NCBI GenBank assembly: GCA_965153285.1
Contig: OZ229115.1
Direction: 5' to 3' (one strand)
Origin: Podarcis tiliguerta
Lineage: Eukaryota
DNA: 64,000 bases
Under the pieces are notes generated by a model. The model saw only the letters and a list, made by a program, of their open reading frames with translations. It was not told the origin of the DNA and did no database searches. Position numbers and translations under genes: made by a program. Shown piece after piece: positions 22,964 to 35,500 of this stretch. Numbering within the stretch: position 1 is the stretch's first letter; each line of letters begins with the position of its first letter.

Positions 22964-24314
22964 TACTCTTATTGTGTTCTTATATGGAAAACACGGCAGC
23001 ATGGCTGCTATTCTCCTGACCTCTGGTTTGTCATGCTGATGCTGCTTGGTGTGAAGAAGAGGGTGACTCTAAAGTTTGAGTGCAAGCTGTAGATGATGTA
23101 CAACTGTAGCATTGTATTCTGCTTGGAGTACTCCACCAGTCCTCTGTGGAGATACAGCAATTCAGGGGACCTATACCACTGTCTGTTCAGATTTTTGTCA
23201 AGATTGGATATGGATTGCAGCCAGCCAACTGAGAGTTGAGGGACTGAGAGTCCATTTGCAAGACTGACCATTGCTAATTAATTGATTTATGAATGAATGA
23301 ATGATCACTCTGGGAAACCTTTAATCTTAAGAGATGGCACTCCCCCCCTCCCGCCATCACAGGAATTGATTAGAGTGGTACACCCCACACCCCCCGGCAG
23401 TACTTGAGCTTGGGGTTCAGAAGCGTATGTGCATTTCTACAGTAGATTAGAGATCTGTGTAATTAGAATCCAAAGTATGGCATTATTAATACTGATATGC
23501 TATAGTCTTCAGCCGCAGAATGTGAATTATAAAATGTTAGCTTCTCTTTATGTTTCAGAATTTTGTTTTCTTTGTAAGCAGTATTGCTTCTATGGTATCT
23601 CATTCCCTTTGCCCCTCTTACTTTGTCAATTATTTCCTCATTTCCTCTGCTTTCAACTGGGCTCTGAGGGCTTTACTCTTTTTACTGTTAACTCCACAGA
23701 ACCATTGACACCAGAGTATTTCTAATAAAACCCAGAAAGCTTTGGGGAATCAGGTCATTCCTGATATGGAGAAAACTAAGGCAGGCGTGGTCCACATAAA
23801 ATAAGCGCTTATGTAAAGAAGGTGGGGCCATATAAGTTAGCAAAAGCTAGGACATGCTAGCTATAAATAACTTGTTAATTGCTTCCTGTTTTGCAAAGCA
23901 TCTGGTATGGACAATGATCAGAGGAAGATGCTGATTTATTTTACCCTGGCTTGGGGTTTATAGTTCTTGGTGCACTGGGACCTTGTTCAGTTTTGTTTGT
24001 GCTTTGGCCTCTACTTTTTTATAATCAGTTGAGTATAGTGATATGAAAGGCCCTATAATTATATAAAAACACAGTGGCTTGAACAGAGATGTTCTTTGAG
24101 TCATTTTTAGACCTATGATTCTATGGCTAACCACTTATTTTGTCACTAGATTGCAGGAAACCACTTCTAAGAATGTTCCTTTGAGCAAAGTCAAGATCTC
24201 TTGTACATGTTTAATTTCTTGTCAAAGGCATTTTGGACACCTTTGATAATACCTTCAAACCATGTAAAATGTTGCTATGGGATAAAGACCCCACTTTGAG
24301 CAAAATGTGAATGA

Positions 24315-24517
24315 TCTTAACTGAAATGGGATTCGGAATGGCACACATGGTTTCCCACTCATTTGTATCTGAACAGTCCTGTGGGCTGTGGGCTGATGTG
24401 AGTGATAATGATTTGCCTAGGGTCACCCAGTGAACTTCCAGATTGGGTGGGGCCAAGAACCTCAGTCTCTTATCTGTTTTAGTCTGCCACTCTATCCAGT
24501 GTACTACTCTGGCCCTC
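24315..24517 (-). mobile_element. MIR/Ther1-derived SINE (Squam3-like), diverged
   Basis: GCCTAGGGTCACCCAGTGAACTT...CCACTCTATCCAGTGTACTACTCTGGCCCTC; similar to 51680-51897. Confidence 0.65.
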
Positions 24518-26556
24518 ACCCCACCCTTCCTGCAACTCCACCATGTCTTGGATAAGTGTTCCCTTGAATTATTTTCTTCCCAATCAGCTTCATGCTCAGT
24601 GATTTGAGGAATATTCATCTCAGAACTCATTAGAAGCACCCATGGAAGCACCCAGGTGGAGATGGAGGCTGCATTACCTTGAGGGATTTGTTCCAGGTCA
24701 CTGCAGAACTGGTGATTATCTCTTCTTTTAAGGTGTGCTACATAACCTTGTTAATGATGCCAACCATTTGTGACAATGCATCCTTGTGTTGATCACAGGA
24801 GTAATTCTGGCTCTAAAGAAATGTGACATCTTCCCATGCTCAGTTTCATTTCTCCGATTTTAGCTCTACTGTACTGTTTCCAGCTTCTAATTCTCCTTTA
24901 TTTCCACATGAAAATGTCAATTTTTTGTGCTTCTTCCTCCTTAAGGGAAAGTTGCATGTCCTTGATGCTTTTATTTTAACTTAAAAGCAGAAATGGGGTG
25001 GTGGTGAACTGGCTCGGTATAAGACAAGTGTGATGTAATTTAACTAGTTGTCTGTGACAACACAAAGACAACTGAAGATGGGATTGGTCATGGTTCATGT
25101 TCTTTGACTTCAGCCCTGCTCGCATCATTGTCTTCCCAACCACATAGCTAATGGAGTTCTCTTTGGAGATTCCCTGTGGTGCATGGTGACATTCACACGG
25201 CAACTTTTGCTTCTTATCCTGTCACATGGCTCTCACAGCCCGCGTTCAGACACTTCTGCTCCTAGAAGGAAGTGTCTCTTCTGTTGAAAGAAGTTGATCC
25301 TAGCACTGTCAGGAGATGGGATCTTTTGCTGGAGTAGTGCAGCTCATAAAACAGCTCTTTTCCTTGTGGCAAGGGGGAGCTCTGAAAAGTTCAGTGTTGT
25401 CCACCAGAGAGTGAGTAGAGATGCATAATCGTTCAGCATCCATATACTTTAAGGGCTTCCGGTGCGTCTTTTATACAAACAGCTAAAGAAAGAGTATTGT
25501 CATGTACTTGCAAGACATGCATGGATACAGGTTTTACCTTTGCTTAGGTTTAATTTTGAAGGAGCTCCTGGTGTCCCCCCTGCTGATTCAGACCACAGCG
25601 GCTAAGAATTAAGGAATTTAGTACTCACCAGTAGGTGCTTTCTTTTCCTGCACACACATGGACTTGCCTTATTAAAATGTATGGGCTCTGTACAAAATTC
25701 AGCTCCTGGACTGTCTAGGCCTTAGTTAATAGAGCTTAGTGGGCTTAAATTCAATATGGCAGGAGACATGTTTGCAAGAGCAATAGGGAGGAGGCAAGGA
25801 GAAGCAAAATGCTTGGCAGTGGTGAGATTAAGCATCTTTGGATTAAGTGCCCCACACCTGGTCTAGGGTTTTTGGTCACTTCACAAGCAGTTGATTAGCA
25901 GCAGACCAATCCCCCTCTTCCTCGTCCCCAGCTGAGTGGATCAAGGTGAAGGATCCCACAGTTTATTACTAAAGAGCACACACAACAGTGTAATCAGCTA
26001 AGCTCCTCAGACTGGCAGCAGTGACAGCCATTGTGGCATTTCCTGTTCATGTCATGTTTAGCTTCTGTTCCAATATCAGCTTTCATCAAGCATAGGCAAG
26101 AATAGTAGTTAAATACTAGTATTTAACTATCACTTGATGATGTGGATGAACCAACATCACCTCTCCTTCTTTGCTTCGGAAGCCCAAGTCCCTGATGTTA
26201 CCCAGAGGCCAATTAAGGAAAGCAAGGGTTGTTCATTGGGCAGTCATGAGTGAACAGAAGTGCATTATGGTTTTCTTGGGCACTGGAGAAGCCAGTAAGA
26301 CTGTTGTTCCCTAAAGGGATGAGAAGCTTTTAGTCTTGTAGCAGCATCAGTGTCTTGACTTTAGCAAACTATGGTCATTTCTCCTTATTTTCATATATAT
26401 AGTAAAGAAAACCTTATGTGAATGGAGAATTGTGCATACATGTTCAAATTGTTGCTTTACCTACCGAAACATGTAGAAGTGTCACCCCTGTTCTTTTATA
26501 GCTGCTGTTTCTTTGTGTTTCACTGAGAGAGGCAGGGACTTAAAGGAATGTGAATG

Positions 26557-26689
26557 ATTGGATATAGTGTGGTGTTGATAACACCAAGGTTGCAAGTTCA
26601 GTCCCTGAAAGGAACAGTTGCATATTCCTGCATTTCCAGAGGGTTAGACTAGATTATCCTCAGGATTCCTTCCAATTCCATGATTCTAT
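26557..26689 (+). mobile_element. tRNA(Ile)-headed SINE with CR1 3' tail
   Basis: AGTGTGGTGTTGATAACACCAAGGTTGCAAGTTC resembles tRNA-Ile. It is followed by ATTCCTGCATTTCCAGAGGGTTAGACTAGAT...CCTTCCAATTCCATGATTCTAT. Confidence 0.72.
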
Positions 26690-29087
26690 CTTTTGCCTGG
26701 TATTTGTACAAAAATACAGTAGAGTCATGTGAGAACAGCCCTTGAGAGGATCAAGAAAGACAAAAATAGTGAATTTCAGATCTTAATATTGCCTAAGTAC
26801 TAATTGGTTTCAAAATGTGATGGTGAAACGTGGCAGAAGTGTTAGCAACTGATATGACTTTCACAAAGGGGGAGAATATCCAACCCTCCCATGAAACAAC
26901 ACAAGGGAGTGTTGGATCGTATGCTAACTTTAGATCAGGCTATCTTGGGATATACTTTGGTTTTCACCCTTTCAAACTTTTCCAAGACAAATCAGGACAG
27001 TTGCCAACTTCAACTTGGGATTCAAGAGATGGAAGTTCTGCATCCTAAATCTGTGTTTGCAGCTTTGTAATGCTTCCCACATGATGGCTTTAGAAAACAG
27101 ATACCTTCATCTTCGATCAGTGCTGCTGGGAAAAGCCAAGAATCATTGAATCTTGTGCCAGAATGTGTACATTTTCAAGGAAGAAAAATAACCACAGTCT
27201 GATGTGATGTTTGAGAAACAGTGATGGCTAGTTTCCATGCAAAGTCACTCATCCTAACCTATGCCATTTGCAAAGAGACAAGTAGTTGCAATAATTATGA
27301 ATAAACATGGATATGCCTGCACTTGTAATGCAGCTATATCGAGGGCAGTTCACAACTGCTTTGTTAAAATTTTATAATCTGCTTTTTCACTAACACTCTC
27401 AAGACCTTTTACACAGTCCTGCTAGAACAAATTGGATTATAAAATAAAGTAAAACTATAAAACAAGCCACCATACATATCAGAATTTGATGTAAGGAGCT
27501 AAGGGGTTTTCTAGTGCTGATATTGTTCTGATAGAACAAAGGGGGCAGAGGGATCATGCCCTCTTTCAAAAATAGTGTGCTTTTAAATTGCCAAATATGT
27601 AGCAGTCAAAGGCACTTTTATGCCCCTTTCTTGGTATAGCATATTTGGCAGCTGCAGATTATCATAATGAATGCTACAGATATCTTATTTTGTTCATAGA
27701 TGGCCTATTGGCCACCTAAGAATAATCACGCCATTGATTCTTCCTTTCTCGTTTTCCTTCTCTCTCCTGGTTGCTGTGGCAGCCAGTAACCCAGTCCAGT
27801 CCTGGCTGTCATGTTTCTTTATGATGATGTGTTCATGTCCACATACCCAGTTTCCTAAGTAAACGTGGCAGTCAGAACTGGAATGCTGGAAGCCAGCTTA
27901 AGCAGTAGGAGCATCAAACAGTTGACAGCCCCTCGGATGGCAGGTTGGGGAAAAGTTTGACTGATGCCGATGTGTATAAGGTTAGAGAATAGGACACCTT
28001 CTGGCCAGCCATGTTCTTAGTCTGTCTGTAGAAACTGGTTGAAAGACAGTGTTGGAAACAACACAGCAGACAGCAATATGGCAACTATCTAGTGCGACTT
28101 TATTCAAGTTCTAGGCTTGTCATTGCAAATTACATAGGAGGCTGAATTTTGAAACTTCCCCAAAGCTGGGCATGTGAAGAACAGCCAACAGCATTTTGCT
28201 AGCTCTTAACAGTGCAGTTCTAAGCCTGTTTGCTCAGATATAAGTCCCACTGAATTCAGAGAGGCTTATTCTCCAGTCCAGTGTTTCCTAATATAGCCCC
28301 CTGGGGTGGGGCAGGATAGTCCAAGGGGGCCACAGATGAAAATTGTGTAAATGGGGGGCCACAGTATGAGGCTAGGAGGCCACAGAGGGAAGTGAGAAAT
28401 GAAAATAAATAAATCTTTTTTTAAATAAAAAAAAATCCTGATTGGCTGGCTATCCACTTGGCTAATTAGAAGTGGGTAAGGGGGTGGCCCACCGGGGTCT
28501 AGCACTCCTTTTTGCCACGAGTGTTTTCTTGGAGCACTCCTGGCTTTGTTTCCAGTGGGAGAGGGTGATTGCTGAGCTCCTGTTTTGAGCCCGCGATCCA
28601 GAACCCCCTGGTCAGGTAAGTGTGGTGGTGGTGAGGCAATGGATAGGGCGGGGTGAGCCAGAGCTGTTTATTGCTGCCGCCAGTGCTGGGCCCACAGGGT
28701 GCAGTCCGCTCCAGCGCCTAGTGGATCAGGGCCTTTGGATGTTGCCAAGGGGCACAGGGCCCTGACCGAGCAGGGTCGTCGGGTGCTGCTGACTTGCACC
28801 TAGTAAACAAGTGTCTACTCAGAAGCCGCATTGAGTTCAGTGGGCCTTACTCTAAGGTAAGGGTGTGTGGGGCTATTGTATTTTATCTAGGCAGCCAGTG
28901 CTCCTCTGGATAACAATATCTTTTTGCACCTGGTCAGTGATGTCTACTTGCTTTTTAAAATTCTCCCATTTATACAGAACTCCCTGTGCACCTTTTGGAC
29001 TGTATCTGTAGGTTTCCCTCTCTGTGACAAATAACTTGGGTCAAATAAGTGTTGTTTACTTTTTATAATACATGGAAGATGGATCTC

Positions 29088-29240
29088 CCTTGGGAGGTTC
29101 CGGACTCTCCTTCCTTGGAGGTTTCTAAGCAGTGGTTGGATGGCCATCTCTCATGGATGCTTTAGCTGAGTTTTCTACATTGTAGGGAGTTGCACTAGAA
29201 AGATGACCCTTGGGGTCCCTTCTAGCTCCATGATTCTATG
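29088..29240 (+). mobile_element. CR1 LINE 3' end fragment
   Basis: Encodes DSPSLEVSKQWLDGHLSWML*, like the CR1 ORF2 C-terminus, followed by the 3' UTR and terminal ATGATTCTATG. Confidence 0.85.
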
Positions 29241-29388
29241 TTTTTCTGCTTTAACAATATTCCATTATGTTCCTATCATTTTATGTAATTGCATTTTGTA
29301 TAGATTATAAAAAATATAAATAAAATATATTTACAAACAAAACATCAGAATAGCCGCCTTTCTACCAGAAGGATGGGGGGCGGGTAGG

Positions 29389-29533
29389 CATGGGCCTAGC
29401 TAGGATTTTTGTTAGGGGGCAGAATTTTGTTGGGGGGGGCAGAACCTCAGATTTGTATTGATTTTTTACTTATTTTATTGATTTTACTTATTTGGGGGGC
29501 AGCTACCCCCTGCCCCCCTTGGATACACCCATG
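29389..29533. mobile_element. hAT (Tip100-like) MITE, same family as 18209-18360 in opposite orientation
   Basis: TIRs CATGGGCCTAGCTAGG / CTTGGATACACCCATG; the interior resembles the reverse complement of 18209-18360. Confidence 0.8.
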
Positions 29534-32500
29534 GGGGGGGGCCACAGGAAGGAAACAAGGTTTGAAGGGGGCCATGGTCGGAAACACTGCTCTAAGGGTG
29601 TTTTAAGATTGCAACCTAAATGCCCTAGCATCTGAGCCATATCCTTAAAAGGGATTAGATCAGTTTCACAATCACTGGTTCATAAGAAAATGTAATTTGC
29701 CCTATGTACCATCTTTTAAGAGCTAATCCCCTTGCCCCCAGTTCTGGAGCCTATATTGGATAATTTATAGAAGCTGAGAAAGGCTACCAAGAATTTCCAT
29801 TGGTTTTTATGACTTGAGACTTTTAAAACAACAAAACATTAGAATATCTCAGTAAAGCCAGAGCTAGTGGTGTAGTAGTTATCATACAATTTCAAAAAAA
29901 ACAGGTATAGAGAATCTTGTACAAAGCTCCAGGTAGAGCTTCCCTCTTCTGTAGTGAGAAAAACTTACACATCAGTGCTTTTTTCCTGGTTATTTGCAAA
30001 ATCATGTGGAATGCCCTTGTTAGAGAGGGATTATTATCTAAGTAGATAAAGTATAATTAGGAAACAATGGCCATGGGAGGCACAAAAGAACACCCGTCAC
30101 GATTGTTGAACTCAGATAAATTATACTATACAATGCAAGGAATTAATTAAGGTGCAACCCCATTTTATTATATGCAATGGCAGTAATTTCTGACCTGTCC
30201 TATAAAGCTCCAAGTAACAACTGGCCCAGTTCATTGATTTCATGTCATGTCGCCTGGGCAGTATAAGGCTCTGATGGGGAGGTCAGTTTTACAGTATAGG
30301 TGGGAATGAGGAGAAGGGCATTCTAGAAACTGAGGTCAAATCATATTAGAGCCAATGCAGATCTACAGAACTTCTATTGATGTTATTAGGACTGCTGTAA
30401 ACTTAGAATGAATTTACATCAGATCAAAATGGAGTAGGCACTGGTGAGCCTCCACTTGTGATTTCTGTCTTGAATGAAACTTAACTTTTCAATGTCATGT
30501 GTGTGTGCTTTCTCCTAAATGTGGGCACTTCACATGCTATATGATTACTGAATGTATGTGAATTTCTCCATCCCTTGATGGTGTTGGTTGTTACAACTCA
30601 CGGCATGAGCTGGGAACATCATAACAGAGTTTTCCCACCCGTGATCCTTTTGAGCAAATTTTCCTCCCAATTCCCATGACAGCTGTAATTTTCCTAGCTA
30701 TTCTATCAGATAGTTTAAAGCCGTGTGAATTTAACCATATAAATATTGGCAAGCTGAGTGTGCTCTAACTTTATCTCTCAGAAAAGGCTTACTTATATTA
30801 ACTAATGGCCCTAGGATAATAAACTTTTGTGGGTATGTGATCAGTGATTATATATACCTGCAAACTAAATAGATCACGAAAGCATTTCAATCCCAACCTC
30901 AATTTGCCTGCAAAGGGTACGGGCAAATTGACCCCACCACTCCAAGGCAAATGAGGGTCTCCTGTGTCCTTCTACGAAGAAGCCTGAAGGAAAAACATTT
31001 TTTTTCCTGAGAGGCAACATGTTCCTCACAGAGCTATTTAGTATCTCACTTAGGCTGTGCCTGTGAGGTACTCTTCCAGCAGGAGAAAGAATGCAAAAGG
31101 GCTTGTCTGTGCCTTCTCCAAGACTCAGCAGGAGGACCCTCGCTGATTCATTCTCTTAGCAAATGAAAAACAGTGGGTGAAGCAGCAGGGATTCCAACCA
31201 AGCCCAGGGGTCCTGAGATGCTCAAATGATGGTGTTGCAGCTCATCCAGGTTTCCACGCTTACATGGCACATGAAATTCCCTGAGGCCTGCAAGGCCTAT
31301 CCATGGGGAGTAATTGCTTCTCTGCAGGAGTGAGGGGATGTGCTGCCTTCTATTATGAACTGTTTGGCACAATTACACAGTTTAACATTTGAGTGCTTTG
31401 GGAATCGTGACTTTCCCTACCCGCAGCTAAAGTGCCCTGGGGCTGTACAGTCACTGGTCTGTCACAATGCATCAATACAACAGCCCATTGAAAGCGCTGC
31501 TGGTGTATGCTGGGCCCTGCATTCGGGGTAGGGGCTCATGTGGTTGACTGTCTTTGGCAGAATGAAGACAGTGCGCTTGGAAAAGTTTGATTCTGAAACA
31601 ACTCGTGTGGCCCAGTTAGAATGCTTGTGCTCCATTCCCAAAAAGTTCTACAGCTATGAAGGGCAGCAAGGATTGCTGCTCTAAGTTCAAAGCACACAAC
31701 TGAGAACAGAATTCACAACCTTGATGCCAGTCTCAAATGAATTCAAATGAACAATTAAGTCCATCCAGAGTAGGAGATCCAATGTACATGCGCAATTCAA
31801 GCAAGCAATTTCCTTTCTTTCGAAAGAAGTATTCTATATCTAATTATGCAAGGCATTGGGTGTAGTGGTTTGCTGCTCAATTTTCTAAATTTTTCTAGCA
31901 GACTTTCTGATGCAATTCCAGCTGAAAATGACAAAATATTCACAATGGGTTTTCTATTTATTGACTGGCTCAGCTCCATGATCAGGAACTGGTCTCAAAA
32001 GCTGGTTTATGTTCTCAGATCTGCCCTGTTTGACCTTGGGCTGAGTCACTTCCCTTCTTTGTATCTGTATCTCCTCTTCTATAATGTGCGAGGGATGATA
32101 TACTTAGCTCTTTAGATTCCAGGATGGAAAAAGTAAGTCCACTCTTAGGTTAATTGATCAGTACACTGTCTTTTATAATGCCTCCATTGTGATGAAAGCA
32201 TACTGTGATAAGGAGCATTGCTGCCCAGCCCCATATAACACAGATACAAGCTAGCCATTCTCACTTCATAGGCTACTGCATCAAGTCTAGAAAATGATAA
32301 GAACGTAAGAATCCAGCTGGATCACACAAAGAACATCTAGTTCCTTTTTCCCAACCTGATGCCCTCCAGGAAGCCTAAAAAGGCGGCAAGGAAAGACCTT
32401 TACTATTGCTCCCAAGGAACTGCCTTTTGTTAGCACACTGGCTCTGTTTAATTTAGCTGTACATGTTGCCCAATAGCTGTTTTCTCTTTTTAATTGCTTT

Positions 32501-35500
32501 ATTTCAGTAAATTTCCTCATTTGGGCCCACTTGACTGCTTTGATCTGTGGAACTGGCTCTGTTACAGGTGCCACATACTGCACTGGTAAGAAGCCAGTCT
32601 ATACATCCTATTTATTGACACCAGGCAGGTGCCCGTCGTGCCCTCTGTTCAGCACCTGCTTAAAACAGTTTTGTGTAGGCAAGCCTATCCAGACATTCAG
32701 AGATTGAGGCACATGTCTTTTTAGCCTATTGTTGATTAAAACTATCTTGTGAATGTTTTAATAGCCGTTTTTAACAGTCTTTTATTGATAATATTAATGT
32801 ATTGTTATAATCAAGTGGTATATAAATTTTGTTAAATAAAAACAAAAACCAAAAATAATAGACACCCAATAAATCCATCTTCCCAATATTACCAAATTAA
32901 AAGAAATGTATATATGTATACAGGTGTAAGGTCATTTGTTAGGCATTCCTGAGACTGATTATCCTATATGAATTTGTCTAATTACCTTTTAAAGTAATCT
33001 AACCTAATGATCATTGCCAAATCTTTTGACAGCAAATTTTTAAAAAGTGTCGCATGAATTAGGTTTTTGTTTTTTCAGTCCTTAATATGACTTTTCATCA
33101 GGTGAACACAGATTCTGCTGAGTAATAAAGTAATCTCTGCTGAGATGCATGTGCAAAAGGAAATGTGACTATATCTGTCATTTTAATCAGCCTGCTGAAA
33201 TGTGGCTGAGCCATTAGCTCCACTGTCACTGCAGGTTTGCTCCATCAAATGCCTTTTTATTATTATTTTGGAAACATTTCCAGAAATGAATTGCGAGAAT
33301 AATTGTGTGGTCTAGAAAGCATCATTGATAGTAAAAGACTTTGAAAGAACAAATCTTTTATCAATTTATGCAAGCAATATAAATGTTTATTTGATTATGG
33401 TGTGCAGGTCCCAGCCTTTGCAGTCTGATCCTGCAATAATAGGGAGTGAGTAAAATGCAGATTATTTACTGAGGCCCAATTCACATGTTACATTTTCCAC
33501 ATGGGGATAATAACTTTGTAGGATACCTCATATATAATCATGTACACTTTCCTGAGTGAAAATTGCACAAATATCTATTGGGTTTTCTGCAGACTGACAT
33601 TTGTTCCATTTCAGCAGTAAACAGTGGGTTTTCCCAGGAAAAGCAGCAGGATAAAAGAAAAACCTCTAGGACCCATTCCTAGAATTCAGGTGGCAAATCA
33701 TGGGACAAATGGAAGTGTGGATTAGCCCTAAATAGTGATGATAAAGAACTAAGGTAGGGTGGCGTGGGGACAGAAAAGTAGAGTTTCCTTCAAGTTTAGT
33801 TCTGAAGTTTTGTAGTTCTTTGGGACTTTGGGACATTAGGCTTCAGCCAGGATATGAATTCTATTGATGAGATAGCTATTGATCTGTCAGTCCTGGAGTT
33901 GGGTGCTGTAGTATTCCTACAACTGGCCCCATTCTTCCTGCAAATAAATCAACATTCTAACATTTATCACTGCAAATGGATCAAGAGAGTGTGTGATGAG
34001 GAAACCCAGTATGAAGGTTTTACACCTCTTGCATTTGAAGATTGGATTTGTTTAGTTCCATATCCCTCATTCTCTGTTGCAGCTGATACTGGTTTTGCTG
34101 CAGGGAAAGGGAAGACCCAAACTGGGGGGGGGGGCGGGGGGGATGAGGAGGAAATGTTGAAGGCAACAACTGACTCCTAGTGATTGTGTTACTGCAGTGC
34201 TTGATTGAAGCTTAGTCTTAAGGAGAAAGACAAATGCAGAATGTGTGCAAGTTTGTGTGCAAACACAAATACACAGCCCACTTGTATGTGAAAATACAAT
34301 TTGCCAGGTAGACAAACCTCTATAGAACAATGAATGAGAGACATTTGGGGTCTATAGTTTCTGTAGCACGATATACACACCCTCACCCCAAATGTAGTAT
34401 TTTGGGCATTATCATTTAGTGTGGTCAAAAAGATATATTTTATATATCATTTTGATTCAAAGTAGAGAAAGCAGAATTCTCTTTTGGCTGGAGAGAAATT
34501 GATTAAATTGGCTGGCTGACTTTAACAGAACTTCCCATTCTTCCTAAGGCAAATGCTGCAGAGGGTGTCTACCAGAACGCCACCTGAAATTTCTCTTACA
34601 CTCTGAAGCATAAGGCTCAATTTATTCTCTTTCTAAATCTACATAAAAACAGAAAAGGATAACCCTTGATGTAACTATGTCAATAAGCTGTATGAAATGT
34701 ATAAAGAGCTTGGTTGATAAGGTGCAATTGTTTCTCAGAGGTCAGTACTTTTCCAACATCACCACCTGCTTCTAGAGCCTTCATCATAAATAATTCCTAT
34801 TAGCCTGGCATTTTTAAAACGTCAAGTGCATGCAGATTTGACTACATGTGTCAAAACACATTCCCTCAGTCCTTAGCACTCCTGGATTTGGCAGAGTCGT
34901 CAATGCAGTAACAAGGCTGTCATCACTTAATCACACTGCCCAAGCATTAGCATGGTTAACACAGCTTAAATATAAAGAATTTCCCAGATGTGAAATGTGA
35001 AACATCTTCTATCTTGATTGCTCTTTGTCCCCAGAGGAAATAAGTGCTATATAACCTACAGAGGTAAAGGCATGTTATACCCTACAGTTTCCTGCAATGA
35101 AATCTGCAACCACAGACCTGTCTTTTAGGTTCTAAAGGTATCTTGCTTGCTGTGACAGTATTTCTTGTACAGTGTTTTTCATAACTCAGGAAGATGAATC
35201 TCTATTAAGATTCAAGGCATGTTTCATTTCTTCACCTAAGAAGGGTTTGCATTTAGAGTGCTGAAGAATAAGAAGATCCCGTCCTCAAAGAAGCCCATCC
35301 TTTATATTATAATCTAGGAGTGATTCCTCAGTGGGAAGAGGCAGTTCCCCCAAAGAAACACAAGGAAGTGAGCTGCTCTGAGGGCAGGTAATTCGGCTCA
35401 GGGTAGAGATGTGGCAGAATTATCCACACTCGAAGCTACTTGGAAAAGAAAGAATGACAACCAGAGCAGATACAACCGTTGGCATCCTCTGGTATAGGGG

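Larger units (their letters stand above)
28279..29589. mobile_element. Non-autonomous hAT (Charlie-like) element containing nested insertions
   Basis: Perfect 10-bp TIR CAGTGTTTCC / GGAAACACTG; repeated GGGGCCAC(A) subterminal motifs at both ends. It splits a short palindromic host repeat (28210-28278 and 29590-29616). The TSD is degenerate (CTCCAGTC/CTCTAAGG). Confidence 0.68.

Noticed and set aside
32648-32668. REST/RE1 site (TTCAGCACC; also a gapped look-alike at ~14631-14650)
   Set aside because: Only the left half-site is present; there is no GGACAG right half at canonical spacing.
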